DNA from: an uncultured delta proteobacterium
GTDB lineage: Bacteria; Desulfobacterota; Desulfobacteria; Desulfobacterales; B30-G6
DNA length: 64,000 bases
Reading direction: 5' to 3'
Assembly (NCBI GenBank): GCA_963823335.1
Contig: CAWGLD010000001.1
Span: forward strand, 64,001-128,000
Notes under the pieces: generated by a model
What the model saw: the letters and a program-made list of their open reading frames with translations, nothing else
Told to the model about the DNA's origin: nothing
The model's database searches: none
Position numbers and translations under genes: made by a program
Shown: piece by piece, positions 9,285 to 21,211 of the stretch
How positions within the stretch are numbered: the stretch's first letter is position 1
How the letters are laid out: every line of letters starts with the position of its first letter

Positions 9285-10556
9285 TCACTGACAGCAGAAT
9301 GACAGTGTTTTGAGTGCTCCGGTCAAGACAGACACCCCTTTTTCAATATCATCCCACTCGGTCCACTCCATGGGTGCATGGCTGATGCCCTTGACACTCG
9401 GCACGAAGATCATCCCTGTTCTGGCAATTGAGGCCATGTTCTGGGTGTCATGACCCGCACCACTTACCATCCGCTTGGATCTGACACCCGCCTGAACCGC
9501 TGCTTTTTCAATTACGCGAATAATCTCTTCTGACAGCTTGACAGGCGGTTGCAGATGTGGAGATTCAACGTGTACATCAATGCCATTTTCCTGTTTCAAC
9601 CCCTTTAAAAAAAATACTGTTTCGTCTGTTAAGCCCTGCATATTCTCCATAGATGTAGCCCTGATGTCGAATCCCAGTTCCACCATTCCCGGTATGACGT
9701 TCATGTTATTCGGGTAAACGCTCAGATGGCCAGTGGTGCCGACAATGGGCGAATGTTGCGACCTGGCCATCTCCCGCGCCCGCCTGTTCAGGAACCTGAT
9801 CGCATCTGCCGCCGCCACCAGGGCATCCTGCCGCAAATGCATGGGCGTTGTACCGGCATGGTTTCCAATACCCGTAATAGTGGATTTCAGCCAGGTAATG
9901 CCGGTGATGTCCTCCACGATGCCCACAGAAATATCCTCGGTGTCCAGAACCGGTCCCTGCTCGATGTGCAGCTCAATAAAAGCATCAATATCGTCCACAC
10001 GATATTCAAAGTCACCTCCATAGCCCATTTTCATGAGAACTTCATGCAGCGTCAGGCCATGGGTGTTTCTGGTTGAAAGAGCCGCGTCCGTGCTCATTTT
10101 ACCGGTTAAGACAGCACTACCCAGCATGGCGCCGACCACAAAGGCCGATCCTTCTTCCCCTGTGAATGCTGCCACTTCAATGGGACGCTGGTTATCAAAT
10201 TTTTCATCCCGCAATCGTCGAACTGCTTCAATACCGGAAAAAACACCCAGGGCGCCGTCCAGATGACCACCATTTATCACACTGTCCAGATGGGAACCGA
10301 CCATAACAGCTTTTTCATGGTTTCTGGAACCATCCTTTCTCCCAAAAATATTACCCACACGATCGATCCGGACTGAAAGACCGGCGGCCTGCATACATTG
10401 GACCGTGAAATCGCGCAAAATCTTGTTTGCAGATGACCCCTCAGGTCGCGAAACCCCTATTTTAGGGTCCAGCTGCCCATAGGATCCAACAAAGCGCTTC
10501 GGCACCCGGCCCATTGCGCTGGTCCTGATCAAATCATCCTTGAGTCTGTTTATCAC
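9285..10556 (-). CDS. M20 Zn-dependent hydrolase (hydantoinase/carbamoylase, allantoate amidohydrolase family)
   Basis: GSHLDSV, DGALG, EEG, ELHIEQGP, NHAGTTP, SGAGHD, GISH. Confidence 0.93.
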   Translation of the reverse strand: MINRLKDDLIRTSAMGRVPKRFVGSYGQLDPKIGVSRPEGSSANKILRDFTVQCMQAAGLSVRIDRVGNIFGRKDGSRNHEKAVMVGSHLDSVINGGHLDGALGVFSGIEAVRRLRDEKFDNQRPIEVAAFTGEEGSAFVVGAMLGSAVLTGKMSTDAALSTRNTHGLTLHEVLMKMGYGGDFEYRVDDIDAFIELHIEQGPVLDTEDISVGIVEDITGITWLKSTITGIGNHAGTTPMHLRQDALVAAADAIRFLNRRAREMARSQHSPIVGTTGHLSVYPNNMNVIPGMVELGFDIRATSMENMQGLTDETVFFLKGLKQENGIDVHVESPHLQPPVKLSEEIIRVIEKAAVQAGVRSKRMVSGAGHDTQNMASIARTGMIFVPSVKGISHAPMEWTEWDDIEKGVSVLTGALKTLSFCCQ

Positions 10557-10572
10557 CGTCTTTGCCTTAAGT

Positions 10573-10844
10573 TTAGGGGACGCTCCTTCATTTATAAGTT
10601 ACTATTCATCCGTCAGTACATTTGCATCATCTTGCCATGCCCTTTCCTTTTTACCCAAAACAACTGAATGTCCGCAAAAAGGGTATCTATCCAGCAGCGC
10701 AACTTCCGCAACGTGTCCTGTCCTGATCGGATTAATATGATGAAGAGCGCCGGGAGCATCGATACATGCGATGCGTGACATAAAATGTTCCCTAACACAT
10801 TCCTTGTTAAAAACAAAACTTATAAAATAAAGAGCGTCCCCTAA
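10573..10844 (-). mobile_element. internally deleted Y1/RAYT-type transposase element with 28-bp terminal inverted repeats
   Basis: IRs at 10573-10600 and 10817-10844 (3 mismatches); residual MSRIACIDAPGALHHI joined to NPIRTG...RYPFCGH. Confidence 0.75.
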
Positions 10845-11072
10845 TTTCTTCTTGACACCTGCGGGTAACATAACCATCTTCTAATGGTCGCTAAAGGCAA
10901 AAAGCAGGTGGCTTTCTTTTTTCCGCAGCGCGGAAAAGAATCAGGAGACGGCATGCGGTTTGTAGGGCGACATACAAAATAGAAATGAAACCGTGTTAAC
11001 GGAAACGCCCCTTCTTTTCAGCGGGGCTGTCAAGGCAAGAAAAGCTACTGGCTTTTTTTAAAAGAAGGGTAA

Positions 11073-12635
11073 ATGCAAAATATTCTACAAAAAGTGCTCA
11101 ATAAATTTAAAAAAACACCCAAAGTACCAACGGAAGAAAAAGTCAGCCCACCAAAGAAATTACCGCGGTCCAAACGTACCACCACCGATTCAAAGTCCAG
11201 CCCCCCCAAACCAGAACAAAAAAGTCGTTCCCATCATCGACGACCCACTCGCAAAAAAAAAGGACCAGACCCCCGGACCGGCAGTTCATCGAGCGATACC
11301 TTAGACACCTCCTTGACAGAAAAGTGGGATATATCCAAATTCAAGGTTGAACCGCTCGAAGGCAATACCCGGTTTCACGAATTCGATCTACCTACCCCGT
11401 TGTTTCATGCTATTTTCGATCTGGGATTTCAGTATTGTACGCCTATTCAGGCCGAGATTCTTCCAAGCACTCTGTCCGGCAAGGATGCCACCGGTCGGGC
11501 CCAGACAGGTACGGGCAAAACAGCCGCTTTTTTGATCACCGTTATCACCCGGATGCTGAACATCCCCATTCAGGGCAAACGTAAACCGGGCACGCCCAGA
11601 GTCCTGATCATCGCTCCCACACGGGAACTGGTACTCCAGATCTCCGAGGAGGCGCGCCAGCTTGCCAAGTATAGTGCCTTGAACATCGTGTCTGTCTTCG
11701 GCGGTATGGATTACGAAAAGCAGAAAAGACAGCTGACCAATGCCGTGGTAGACATCATCGTAGCCACACCTGGAAGACTGTTGGACTTTCAACGGCGGGG
11801 CGACCTCAACCTGAAAAATGTTGAGGTAATGATCATCGACGAGGCTGACCGGATGCTTGATATGGGATTTATTCCGGACGTACGCAAAATCATCTACAGC
11901 ACACCCAAAAAAGATAAGCGCCAGACACTGCTTTTCAGCGCGACCCTGACCAGGGAAGTCATCCACCTGGCCGAGCAGTGGACCCGGGACCCTGTCACCA
12001 TTGAAATCGAACCGGAACAGATTGCGGTGGATTCAGTGGACCAGATCGTCTACCTGGTGACCCTCAGCGAAAAGTTTGCGCTGCTGTTCAACATTATTTC
12101 AAAACAGAACCTGGCCCGGGTGCTCATCTTTTGCAACAGGCGTGATGAAGTCAGACGGTTGACGGAAATGCTGACCCGCTACGGGATCAACTGCGCCGAG
12201 CTTTCCGGTGATGTTCCCCAGAACAAGCGGATTCGTCGTCTGAATGATTTTAAGAACAAAAAAATACGGGCCCTGGTGGCAACCGATGTGGCTGGACGCG
12301 GTATTCATATCGAAGGCATGGATCATGTCATCAACTACACCTTGCCACGCGACCCGGAAGATTACGTACACCGTATCGGGCGTACCGGCCGTGCCGGTTC
12401 GGCAGGTACTTCTGTCAGTTTCGCTGACGAGGAGGACGCTTTCTATCTTCCCCCCATCGAGAAGTTCATGGGCCGCGAACTGAACTGTATCCAGCCGGAG
12501 GATGAATGGCTCATAAAACCAGTGCCGGTTCATGCCAAGAAAAAATACAAGCCAGGCCCTGCAAAAAAAACCACTACCGGCACCAGGCGTAGATACAAAC
12601 CCAGACGAAAACAAGCACGGCCCGCAAAAAGATAA
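11073..12635 (+). CDS. DEAD-box RNA helicase (RhlB-like)
   Basis: [34 protein letters not shown]. Confidence 0.95.
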   Translation: MQNILQKVLNKFKKTPKVPTEEKVSPPKKLPRSKRTTTDSKSSPPKPEQKSRSHHRRPTRKKKGPDPRTGSSSSDTLDTSLTEKWDISKFKVEPLEGNTRFHEFDLPTPLFHAIFDLGFQYCTPIQAEILPSTLSGKDATGRAQTGTGKTAAFLITVITRMLNIPIQGKRKPGTPRVLIIAPTRELVLQISEEARQLAKYSALNIVSVFGGMDYEKQKRQLTNAVVDIIVATPGRLLDFQRRGDLNLKNVEVMIIDEADRMLDMGFIPDVRKIIYSTPKKDKRQTLLFSATLTREVIHLAEQWTRDPVTIEIEPEQIAVDSVDQIVYLVTLSEKFALLFNIISKQNLARVLIFCNRRDEVRRLTEMLTRYGINCAELSGDVPQNKRIRRLNDFKNKKIRALVATDVAGRGIHIEGMDHVINYTLPRDPEDYVHRIGRTGRAGSAGTSVSFADEEDAFYLPPIEKFMGRELNCIQPEDEWLIKPVPVHAKKKYKPGPAKKTTTGTRRRYKPRRKQARPAKR

Positions 12636-12685
12636 TTGTAATTTCCTTTGGATTTTTTGATGTGAAATTATTTTTGTGCGAGCCC

Positions 12686-13600
12686 TTAGGCCAACGGTGG
12701 TTGTGGCGGCGGCAGTTCTCCACGCTCCAGGGCTTTCCGGGCGGCCCTTACAGGGATACCCGCTTCACACGGCACACCCACCTGGCACAACCCGCAACCA
12801 TACCCCTCAAACTTGTAGGTTTTTTTGACATACTTTCTGGAACGATCCAGATGCTGCCGGCACTTCTCCTTGTCATGACCGGCCTCTGTGATAGCGCGTA
12901 CAGGGCAGCGATCGATACATTTACCACAAGTACCATTGGCGAAGAAGAGACAATAAGCACGGTGGTCGGTATAGGGTCGCGGGGTCGGTTCGATGCCTAT
13001 TTTGACCACCACCGACCCCACCCGCATGGCCTTACCTTTTGCGGTAATGAGCCCGTCACATAGCCCGAACGTTCCCAGACCGGCCGCATGGGCGACGTGA
13101 CGCTCAGACCAGGATGAAGCATAGGAAAACCGTAGCGATTTGACGATGGCCCAGTTGGGAACCAGCATGGGGGCGATAGCAGCATGGCCCATTTCTGAAA
13201 GACGCCCAGCCACATGCCGGCGCAGGGCCACGTTGAACGCCTCCCCATAAACCCTTATCCGGGCCCATTCTTCGGCTGGATACGTCTTGTTCCTGCGGTT
13301 CGCCTTGCGTACCGTTTCCCGCTGGGGCAGGACCCATGAAATAACGGTCAGCTCTTCAGGGCCGGCCAATTCCCCAGGACAATGCTGGTTAAAGACCTCC
13401 CAAGGGGTCCAGTGAAAAGCTCCGACATACTCCTTGTACTGCTGCCAGATCGGGTCAGCGCCCGCTGCGAACCCGACCAGGGCATCTTCCCACGCAGGTT
13501 CGTCCTTCTCGTCTTTCATGCTATTATCGGGTGATTTGCCGATGAAATCACGGATCAAACCGCGTATCCATTCTCTTGATATACGGGTATTGTTTTCCAC
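12686..13600 (-). CDS. 4Fe-4S protein, epoxyqueuosine reductase-like
   Basis: WSERHVAHAAGLGTFGL, CGKCIDRCP, CGLCQVGVPC. Confidence 0.75.
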   Translation of the reverse strand: MENNTRISREWIRGLIRDFIGKSPDNSMKDEKDEPAWEDALVGFAAGADPIWQQYKEYVGAFHWTPWEVFNQHCPGELAGPEELTVISWVLPQRETVRKANRRNKTYPAEEWARIRVYGEAFNVALRRHVAGRLSEMGHAAIAPMLVPNWAIVKSLRFSYASSWSERHVAHAAGLGTFGLCDGLITAKGKAMRVGSVVVKIGIEPTPRPYTDHRAYCLFFANGTCGKCIDRCPVRAITEAGHDKEKCRQHLDRSRKYVKKTYKFEGYGCGLCQVGVPCEAGIPVRAARKALERGELPPPQPPLA

Positions 13601-13777
13601 TGAAAACCTCCTGTTTTCTTTGAGATCTGTTTATTCTTACTTTTGAACGGGTTCTGTGTAAATATCTGTCCGTTGAAGTCCCCGTCTGACAGAGTGCTTG
13701 GCTTACTGCCGGCAACCCAGGGTCCCTGCAGCCTGTTTTGTCATCCGCGCGGTCCTGGCCTCGTTACTATTCTAATA

Positions 13778-14593
13778 TCATGTCAAGTCCACGGCAGCTG
13801 TAAGTCTGTCGATAGTCCTGGAGACAAAGCCTTGATCTGTAATGACGAGCTCAATGGCCTGATTTGGGCAGGTATCCACACATCTGCCACATCCACGGCA
13901 GGAATTGCCGATATGCGCCCTTCCCTCTCGAAGCTGGATGGCACCAAGAAAACAGATATCCTGCATGCACGTTCCGCAACCGACACAGTCCTGATTGACC
14001 CGCACATCAATACCCGGCATACGCGTCAGTTTGTTACCGATGTCCGGTGTGATCCCGGGCAGCAACCGCCAGAAACAGCAGCAGGGACAGCAATTGCACA
14101 CCGTAAACAATTTTTTCCCCGGCCGAACGTTGAGCCAGACCGCATCGAGCTTGTTTCTTCCCACCAGGTGAACCAGACCCGCCTCCCGGCATTTTTGAAC
14201 GTGTTTCCTGGCCGCTGCCGCGTCCACCGGCCGACCGAACTTAGGGTTGATGTCCAAAGTGGCCTCTCCCATGAAGAGGCATCCGAGATCCTTGGGAAAG
14301 TCCCTGCAGTCGGAAGACTCCCTGCAGATGCAGAAATCCATGATCCAATGATAACCGGCATTCTCGATAATACGATCCAGGATCTGAGACGGCAGCACCA
14401 GTTCGTTCCGTCCATCCAAGCTGTGGTTGATGGGGATGGTTTTATCTTGCGGGAGGTACATGATGTCATCGTCCTTAAACAAAAGAAAATCGATGACCCG
14501 ACCGATCAAAGCGAGGTGAGACAGTCTGGCCAGCACGAAACGACCGTTAAAAGTCTTGTTGATGATTTTTTTAATTGCATATGGACTGGCCAT
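13778..14593 (-). CDS. 4Fe-4S binding protein
   Basis: CICR, CNCCPCCC, CVGCGTC, CRGCGRCVDTCP. Confidence 0.85.
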   Translation of the reverse strand: MASPYAIKKIINKTFNGRFVLARLSHLALIGRVIDFLLFKDDDIMYLPQDKTIPINHSLDGRNELVLPSQILDRIIENAGYHWIMDFCICRESSDCRDFPKDLGCLFMGEATLDINPKFGRPVDAAAARKHVQKCREAGLVHLVGRNKLDAVWLNVRPGKKLFTVCNCCPCCCFWRLLPGITPDIGNKLTRMPGIDVRVNQDCVGCGTCMQDICFLGAIQLREGRAHIGNSCRGCGRCVDTCPNQAIELVITDQGFVSRTIDRLTAAVDLT

Positions 14594-14835
14594 GTAGACG
14601 TCACCTTTTCGCCATGCAGCATGAATATAATATCTTTACATGAGTACTACACCCCGGCTTTTTGTTGCAAATCATTTCAGCATATGATGGAAATAGTTTA
14701 CCACAGAAGAGTACTGGCACTTTTTCCCGACATTTTTCCCGTTTTTATGGAAAAGCCGGATTGCCTGTGACTTTTCCCTGTAAAACAAAATAGTCACCCT
14801 GGACAGCCGTAAGACACACCGCAAAGGAGACCAGT

Positions 14836-14982
14836 GTGGACGCTTTGGATTTCAATCCCGCCATCTGCGCATCCTGCGATACCTGTGACTGCCTCATGAG
14901 GTGCCAGCACATGACATCCGATCTGGATGAACGCATTCCGGTCCGGGAAATTTCGGAAATCGTCAACAGAAGGCTGGGGTAA
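14836..14982 (+). pseudogene. 48-codon remnant of an Fe-S oxidoreductase (N- and C-terminus fused)
   Basis: AAGGAG RBS, GTG; FNPAICASCDTCDCLMRCQHM joined directly to IPVREISEIV; family assignment from memory. Confidence 0.45.
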
Positions 14983-15148
14983 TTATGGTTTCAGACCGCT
15001 GCAGTGTGTCACGTCGAACAGCCGGCCGCATGTTTGATAAAATGATGGACACACCTGAGAATTTAAGCCATGATGAGGACATGCCCATGGCCGCAAACGG
15101 GTTTCTCGAAACATATCCCAATACAGTCTGAAACAAAAGGGGGATGAC

Positions 15149-15619
15149 ATGAAAGGACTCACTGCAAAACATGTAATGAATTCCAAGGTACTGACTGCTG
15201 AACCTGACTGGTCTGTCAGTCGTCTGGCCGCGTTTTTTATGGAAAACTGTATTTCAGGAGCGCCGGTAGAATCCGACACGGGGACTCCCATCGGCGTGGT
15301 GTCTCTGACCGACATCGTTCACCACGAGACCCAACCCGAAAAGAATGGCGAATGGCCTCATGACTACTACCTGCATACGCTCAATCGCCAGTATGCCAGG
15401 CAGGAAGCAGAAGGTTTCCGTATCCAGGCAGAACCCTTCACCACGGTCCGGGACATCATGACACCCACAATCTTCCAGGTTTCAGAAGATACGCCCGTGC
15501 AGCAAGTCGCCGGTATGATGATTAAAAACTATATCCACCGGGTCATTGTGCTCCGGGATGGAAAGGTCGTGGGCATCATCTCAACCCCTGATATGCTCAA
15601 GATCATCAGGGACATGTGA
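15149..15619 (+). CDS. CBS domain pair protein
   Basis: AKHVM...ISGAPV...GVVS and VRDIM...IHRVIV...GIIS. Confidence 0.9.
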   Translation: MKGLTAKHVMNSKVLTAEPDWSVSRLAAFFMENCISGAPVESDTGTPIGVVSLTDIVHHETQPEKNGEWPHDYYLHTLNRQYARQEAEGFRIQAEPFTTVRDIMTPTIFQVSEDTPVQQVAGMMIKNYIHRVIVLRDGKVVGIISTPDMLKIIRDM

Positions 15620-15664
15620 CCAGCAACGAAAGAATTTTTCGTCAAGCTTTATGAAATATTCGGG

Positions 15665-17359
15665 CTAGTCGTTCATTTGATAGGCCCCTTTCAGGCTGTA
15701 TACATGCTCCTTCCAGATACGGTTGAAGCGCTCCGGGTTCACCGTCGGTTTTTTAATCATCTTCATGCAGATCTCCATCTGTAGTGGCGTGCTGCTGGTC
15801 TTGCTGTAAAGCTGAAGAGCGAACTTGGAGAAATCCCGGACCATGAAATCGAAGATCTGGTCGATCAGATCGTCCCCCACCGCATCGATCCCGGCTTTTT
15901 CGATGAGCAACTGGCCATAAGCCACCAGGGTGAACAGCTCCCCCAGATTGAGCAGAAAATCGATATCTTTGACCTGGTCCTTGTTGGGTGAAGCACTCAT
16001 GAGCAGTTCCACCAGCAGAGCGATCTGCTCCTTGAATATCCGGATATTGGGAAGATCCAGGCTGTTGTAGGCAATATTGTAGTCGTGGAACTGAATTTTT
16101 CCCAGTCCCTTGGTGGGCCCCTGGTCAAATAGAAACGCGTCATGACCGGGGGCGTCCATTTTCCCGATCTCCGGAAACTGTCCCGGGTTGAAAAAGTAGT
16201 TGGCCATGAACTTGACAATAAGGGCCATGTTCACATGCACCGTGCCTTCCAGTTTGGGCAGGGCACGGATGTCCCTGGCCGCCATCTCGAAGTAGGTGTC
16301 CTTTTCAAACCCCTTGGCTGCAATCACGTCCCACAGCAGGTTGATCACCTCCTCACCCTGGGTGGTCACTTTCATCTTGACCATGGGGTTATACAGCAGA
16401 TAGCGCCGGTCGTCAGCCGAAGCGCTGCGCATGTAGTCCGCCGCCCGTGTGGCAAACATGCGCATGGCACACAGCCGGGTATAGGCATCCACAAAAATCT
16501 GACGGATATGGGGAAAATCGGTCACATAATGCTTGAACAGAAAACGATTGGCCGCATGATCGATAGATTCGTAAAAAGCATGGGCACAGATACCGATGGA
16601 AGCCCAGCCCAGATTGTACTTGCCGACATTGATGGTGTTCAGTGAGGAATCCCAGGCATCGCTGCCCATGGTGAGGATGTCATCATCGGTCAGGGGGTAA
16701 CCATGCAGGGCATACTCGGACACATACATCTGGGAATTCACCACATTCTGAACACATTCGTAGTTTTCGTGCTTGGCATCCACCACGAAAAAGGCGTATT
16801 CATCGGTTTCCGAATTCTTGGCAAAGGTGGAGACCAATGCCGCCTCGTTACCATTGCCGATGTAGTATTTGCCACCGTCTGCCCTATACTGGCCGTCACC
16901 CATGGGGGTCAAGGCCATGTCACTGGCATAAAGGTCCGCTCCGTGTTCTTTTTCCGAAAGACCAAAGGCAAAAATACCGCCTTCTTTCAGCAGGCGGGCT
17001 GTTTTTTTCTTGACGGCTTCGTTTTTTCCCATCCAGATGGGACCCAGCCCCAGAATGGTTACCTGCCAGGTATACCAATGGGCCAGACTGTAAAAGCCGA
17101 GAATTTCGTTGAAGTCCATATTGCGGAATGTGTCCCAGCGACATCCCTCTGCACCGTATTGGGTGGGGGTCAGGAGCTCGGAAAAAATAGACTCGTTTTT
17201 GACGAACTGAAGAAAATCGTCGTACCAGACCCGCTCGTGATCATCGTTCTTGAGTTGTTTCTTGCCCTTGGTTTCAAAAAAATCGATGGTCTTTTGCATG
17301 ATTTCCCTGGATCGTTCATCCAGGTGGTCGAACTGTGCCTTTTTCGGATTGAACAGCAT
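15665..17359 (-). CDS. acyl-CoA dehydrogenase family protein
   Basis: AFGLSEKEHGAD, GGKYYIGNG, LEGT. Confidence 0.9.
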   Translation of the reverse strand: MLFNPKKAQFDHLDERSREIMQKTIDFFETKGKKQLKNDDHERVWYDDFLQFVKNESIFSELLTPTQYGAEGCRWDTFRNMDFNEILGFYSLAHWYTWQVTILGLGPIWMGKNEAVKKKTARLLKEGGIFAFGLSEKEHGADLYASDMALTPMGDGQYRADGGKYYIGNGNEAALVSTFAKNSETDEYAFFVVDAKHENYECVQNVVNSQMYVSEYALHGYPLTDDDILTMGSDAWDSSLNTINVGKYNLGWASIGICAHAFYESIDHAANRFLFKHYVTDFPHIRQIFVDAYTRLCAMRMFATRAADYMRSASADDRRYLLYNPMVKMKVTTQGEEVINLLWDVIAAKGFEKDTYFEMAARDIRALPKLEGTVHVNMALIVKFMANYFFNPGQFPEIGKMDAPGHDAFLFDQGPTKGLGKIQFHDYNIAYNSLDLPNIRIFKEQIALLVELLMSASPNKDQVKDIDFLLNLGELFTLVAYGQLLIEKAGIDAVGDDLIDQIFDFMVRDFSKFALQLYSKTSSTPLQMEICMKMIKKPTVNPERFNRIWKEHVYSLKGAYQMND

Positions 17360-17487
17360 GGATAGTCCTCCTTCATTTCTCTTGCTTAACGCACTTGTCC
17401 ATCAGAGCGAGTGTTTTCACGGCCATTGGATGCCAATCTATATTCGCAATATTTCATGCGCTTCCTATCCCATAAAAACAAGTTCTG

Positions 17488-18222
17488 TCAAAGAATATCG
17501 GTCTGATTTGGGGAATTAAAAAAATGATTCGTAAACAATTTAACTGTTTCCATATCCAGCTCTTTGTCCATAAATATTTTGCGTTTTATTACTTGTCCAT
17601 TTTTTTTATCTGTTGAGACGATGAGTCCAATGTATGACCTGGCATCATAATCCCAGACCAGAACCCGCATGTCTTCCCTTTCCGTATAAACAGGATCACC
17701 ATAGGCCACCGTGTTTTTGCGTCTTTCGTGAGCAATGTGATCACGTACCTTATCTGACAGGTTACGGTAGGTCGTGTAGGTGCAGCCTGATATCAGAGAA
17801 TTTTCATAAAAAAAATAGGACCTGGGGCTTCTCCCTTTTTGCTGCGTCAAGGGATACAGGTGCACTTTCTCGGCATGCAGGGCCTGAAACTGTTGACCGA
17901 ATTGTTTCAATTGCGGTGGTGCCACAGTCCCGGATGGTCTTCCGCTAAGATTTTCTACTCTTATTACGTCTTCGGGGGACATTCCCCAGTCACATGCAAA
18001 AAATGCACGCGTTTCCCAAAACCAGCTGTTGTGCTTGTAGCGCCCGCCGAAGATGACTATCGCAGATATCACGGCCACAAGGACAAGCGCTATTCTTGCC
18101 TCGGCGATCCAGAATCTTTTTGATCGCCAGGGCCACTTTCCATCGTCGCGGTATACATACCAGCCATGCATTGTCAGCATTAACAAAATGAATATGGATG
18201 TAAAGATAATGTGAATTTTCAC
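17488..18222 (-). CDS. hypothetical membrane protein
   Basis: 244 aa, two N-terminal hydrophobic segments, directly downstream of recQ. Confidence 0.65.
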   Translation of the reverse strand: MKIHIIFTSIFILLMLTMHGWYVYRDDGKWPWRSKRFWIAEARIALVLVAVISAIVIFGGRYKHNSWFWETRAFFACDWGMSPEDVIRVENLSGRPSGTVAPPQLKQFGQQFQALHAEKVHLYPLTQQKGRSPRSYFFYENSLISGCTYTTYRNLSDKVRDHIAHERRKNTVAYGDPVYTEREDMRVLVWDYDARSYIGLIVSTDKKNGQVIKRKIFMDKELDMETVKLFTNHFFNSPNQTDIL

Positions 18223-18243
18223 CGATAAAACCCTTGCACGATG

Positions 18244-20136
18244 TTATTTTATGCTTGTATTCTCCCGGGTATGCTGAATCATAAAATCCACGAAAACCTG
18301 CCCGAATTTTTTCAGTTTTGCATCGCCAACACCATACAGCCCGGCCATTTCTATTAAAGAGACAGGTTTTTTCGAAGCCATTTCTTTTAAGGTCCGGTCA
18401 TGAAATACAACATAGGGAGGGACATTGTTCTTTTTTGAGATGTCCAAGCGCAACTGTCTCAAGTCCTCAAACAATGCCCGTGGATATTCGAGATCGGATA
18501 ATTCAGAGGGTGCTTTTTCACGAGCAGGCCGGGCTGCTTTTCCGGTCTTGACGACTTCTTTTCTCAGGAATATTGTTTCTCTTGATTTCAGGAAAGTCCG
18601 GCCTTTTTTTGTCAAGGACAGACCACCGTACCCGTTGATGTCGATTTCAGCATAACCTGCTGCAACAATCTGGCGATAAACCGATTTCCAGTCGTTATAA
18701 CTCATTTCTTTTCCAATGCCGAAGGTTGATACCCGGTCATGTCTGAAGTCTCTAATACGTTTGTTTTCTTTTCCTAACAATACATCCGTAAGATATTTTA
18801 CACCAAAGCGCTCCCCGGTTCGATAGATGCAAGACATGGCCTTCTGGACAGCGATGGTTCCATCCCATTTTTCAACTGTTTCAAGACAGTTATCACAGTT
18901 ACCGCACGCTTTGTCATACGATTCGCCAAAATAATTCAGCAAGACCGGCCGGCGGCAGTTTATGGTTTCGCAATATCCGATCATGGATTGAAGACGCTGA
19001 TATTGTATGCGCTTGAAACCCTGATCCCCTTCTGACTTTTCAAGTATTTTTCCGATAGTGACGATATCGGAAAGATCATAGGCCAGCCACGCGCTCGATT
19101 TTTCTCCATCACGACCAGCGCGGCCGGTCTCCTGGTAGTAGCTTTCTATATTCTTGGGCATGTCCAGGTGGGCCACAAAACGGACATTGGGTTTGTCTAT
19201 CCCCATGCCAAACGCAATCGTCGCGACGATGATGACACCCTCCTGTTCCTGAAATATACGCTGGTGCCTTGTGCGGGCAGAAGCATCCAGCCCTGCATGA
19301 TACGGCAGGGCATTATATCCTCTTTGGGAAAGCCATTCAGCCGTTGCCTCCACTTTTTTCCGGGTTAGACAGTAAACAATACCGGAATCACCAGGGTGTT
19401 CTTGACGGATAAAATGATCCAACTGGGATTTTGCATTCTTCTTGATGACCACGGAATACCTGATATTGGGTCTGTCAAAACTGGAAACATATTGTCGGGC
19501 ATCTTCCAGATGAAGTTTTTGCAGAATGTCTTTGCAGGTGGCAATATCCGCAGTGGCAGTCAGGGCGATGCGCGGCACGTGGGGAAATGTTTCATGCAGA
19601 AGATTGAGCTGCAAATATTCAGGTCTGAAATCGTGACCCCACTGGGACACACAGTGGGCTTCATCTATGGCAAAAAGTGAAATAGTCGCTTTTTTCAGCC
19701 TCTGCAAAAAATCCGGTATAAAAATACGCTCAGGAGCGATATACAACAAATCCATTTCATTGGAAGCCAGCTTCTTTTGCACGTGTTGGATCTCTGCGGA
19801 TTGCATGGTCGAATTGATATAGTGGGCCTTGATTCCATACTGCCTCAACCCATCTACCTGGTCCTGCATCAAAGCGATCAATGGCGAAATGACGATGCCG
19901 ACACCTGGCCGGATCATAGCCGGAATCTGATAGCACAAGGACTTCCCACCGCCTGTGGGCATGAGAACAAAGGCATCCTGCCCGGAGACCAGGCTGTGGA
20001 TGATTTCTCCCTGGTTTTCATAAAAGCGCTCAAACCCGAAATAACGCTTTAGAATATCTGCCGGATGTGTCTGGCGTATGTTTTGTGTTATTGATGGGTC
20101 CTCAGAGTTCTTCACCAGCATTTCCTTGCCATCCAT
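18244..20136 (-). CDS. recQ: DNA helicase RecQ
   Basis: [29 protein letters not shown] zinc motif, HRDC. Confidence 0.97.
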   Translation of the reverse strand: MDGKEMLVKNSEDPSITQNIRQTHPADILKRYFGFERFYENQGEIIHSLVSGQDAFVLMPTGGGKSLCYQIPAMIRPGVGIVISPLIALMQDQVDGLRQYGIKAHYINSTMQSAEIQHVQKKLASNEMDLLYIAPERIFIPDFLQRLKKATISLFAIDEAHCVSQWGHDFRPEYLQLNLLHETFPHVPRIALTATADIATCKDILQKLHLEDARQYVSSFDRPNIRYSVVIKKNAKSQLDHFIRQEHPGDSGIVYCLTRKKVEATAEWLSQRGYNALPYHAGLDASARTRHQRIFQEQEGVIIVATIAFGMGIDKPNVRFVAHLDMPKNIESYYQETGRAGRDGEKSSAWLAYDLSDIVTIGKILEKSEGDQGFKRIQYQRLQSMIGYCETINCRRPVLLNYFGESYDKACGNCDNCLETVEKWDGTIAVQKAMSCIYRTGERFGVKYLTDVLLGKENKRIRDFRHDRVSTFGIGKEMSYNDWKSVYRQIVAAGYAEIDINGYGGLSLTKKGRTFLKSRETIFLRKEVVKTGKAARPAREKAPSELSDLEYPRALFEDLRQLRLDISKKNNVPPYVVFHDRTLKEMASKKPVSLIEMAGLYGVGDAKLKKFGQVFVDFMIQHTRENTSIK

Positions 20137-20663
20137 TCCCAGTCTCCGGTGGTCCCGATATAGCGATTATTGTCCTGGCGCTCGTGGGCTAGATCGTCCG
20201 AAAAAAGGAGTGACCTGTTTTGTTGATAATACCTGTTATAAATCTGTGGTACACAAAAAGGGCATTCGCAAGTATCCGCTGCATTTGGCGGCGGTGCCGG
20301 TATGGATTCTGTCCCGGCTTCCTTTGCCTGACTTCGGCTCAGGGTAATTCTGCATGTTCGAAAGGGGATGGGATGCCTGCGGGACTCAATCAATCTTTCA
20401 ACAGATTCACCGGACGGATCCATGAAGTTTGCCGAGATGATCTCTTTTGTAAAGCTCCGTTTTTCACGCACTGGCATCTTCATTTTTGCTCTTTCGGACC
20501 TATAAACCAAACAATTCGCAAACCCAACGTGGCCGGGCATTTTCCTTTCCCACCTCTTGATCCCCTATATCTGAAAAGCATCCCAGATGCAACCTAATGC
20601 ACCAGGACACCGCTGCCGCAGCCAAGATGGCTCAGGATCTCAAAAGCACAAACCCCGCCATCA

Positions 20664-20888
20664 ACCTATACTGGACGAAAAGATCTCAGCGCCATTACGC
20701 AGCCATTATTGGTTGTCGCCGGTACGGCAGACGATGCCTTCATTGCTGAAAATTTTGAACCTGTGATCTCGCAATACACAGCCGTTCAGGTCGCGCTGCT
20801 GCCAGGTGTCACACACATGGGCGTGGTTGGTGGTCCTGACGTTCAACCTGTTCTCAAGGACTGGCTGGAAGATTTCGGCAAACGATAG
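20664..20888 (+). pseudogene. C-terminal fragment of an alpha/beta hydrolase
   Basis: frame without start codon: PLLVVAGTADD...LLPGVTHMG...WLEDFGKR*. Confidence 0.6.
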
Positions 20889-20940
20889 CTTTTATCGCAT
20901 AATAATTGTGTGGAGAGTGCATTTGCAGAGATGCATGGAT

Positions 20941-21027
20941 ACTGTCCAACGTAAAAAAATTGGCGATCCCATATATCGAAAAAATAAAAAAGTCAATCTA
21001 CAGTCCCATCTAATTTCCTTCGCATGA
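20941..21027 (+). pseudogene. internally deleted remnant of a PAS-LuxR gene 3' end
   Basis: matches 47402-47452 joined to 47706-47741; about 250 bp including the HTH removed. Confidence 0.85.
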
Positions 21028-21103
21028 TACCCATATTGAATAGGCATTATATGGGCTATTAAATAGTCTTGATTGTCTTGTCAATTTGAATTAGAAAATA
21101 ATT

Positions 21104-21211
21104 ACAGGGATGCGCTCTGGGCCCACCAACCCATTGGCACCTCCAACCCTGCAAAAAGCCCCTGAGAAGATAATTCATTTGCCAGTACCTTCTCCATCTT
21201 GGGGGCTTTTT
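21104..21211 (+). ncRNA. candidate structured small RNA, copy 1
   Basis: near-identical to 47818-47924; aggg/ccct closing stem, GCACCTCC, terminator-like aaaaagcccc/ggggcttttt. Confidence 0.5.

Noticed and set aside
5977-14770. long antisense ORFs (5977-7047, 13643-14770) and similar shadows
   Set aside because: Opposite well-supported genes and without recognisable motifs.
20112-20540. 142-aa ORF upstream of recQ
   Set aside because: No recognisable motifs and overlaps the recQ start; may hold a gene fragment but cannot be supported.
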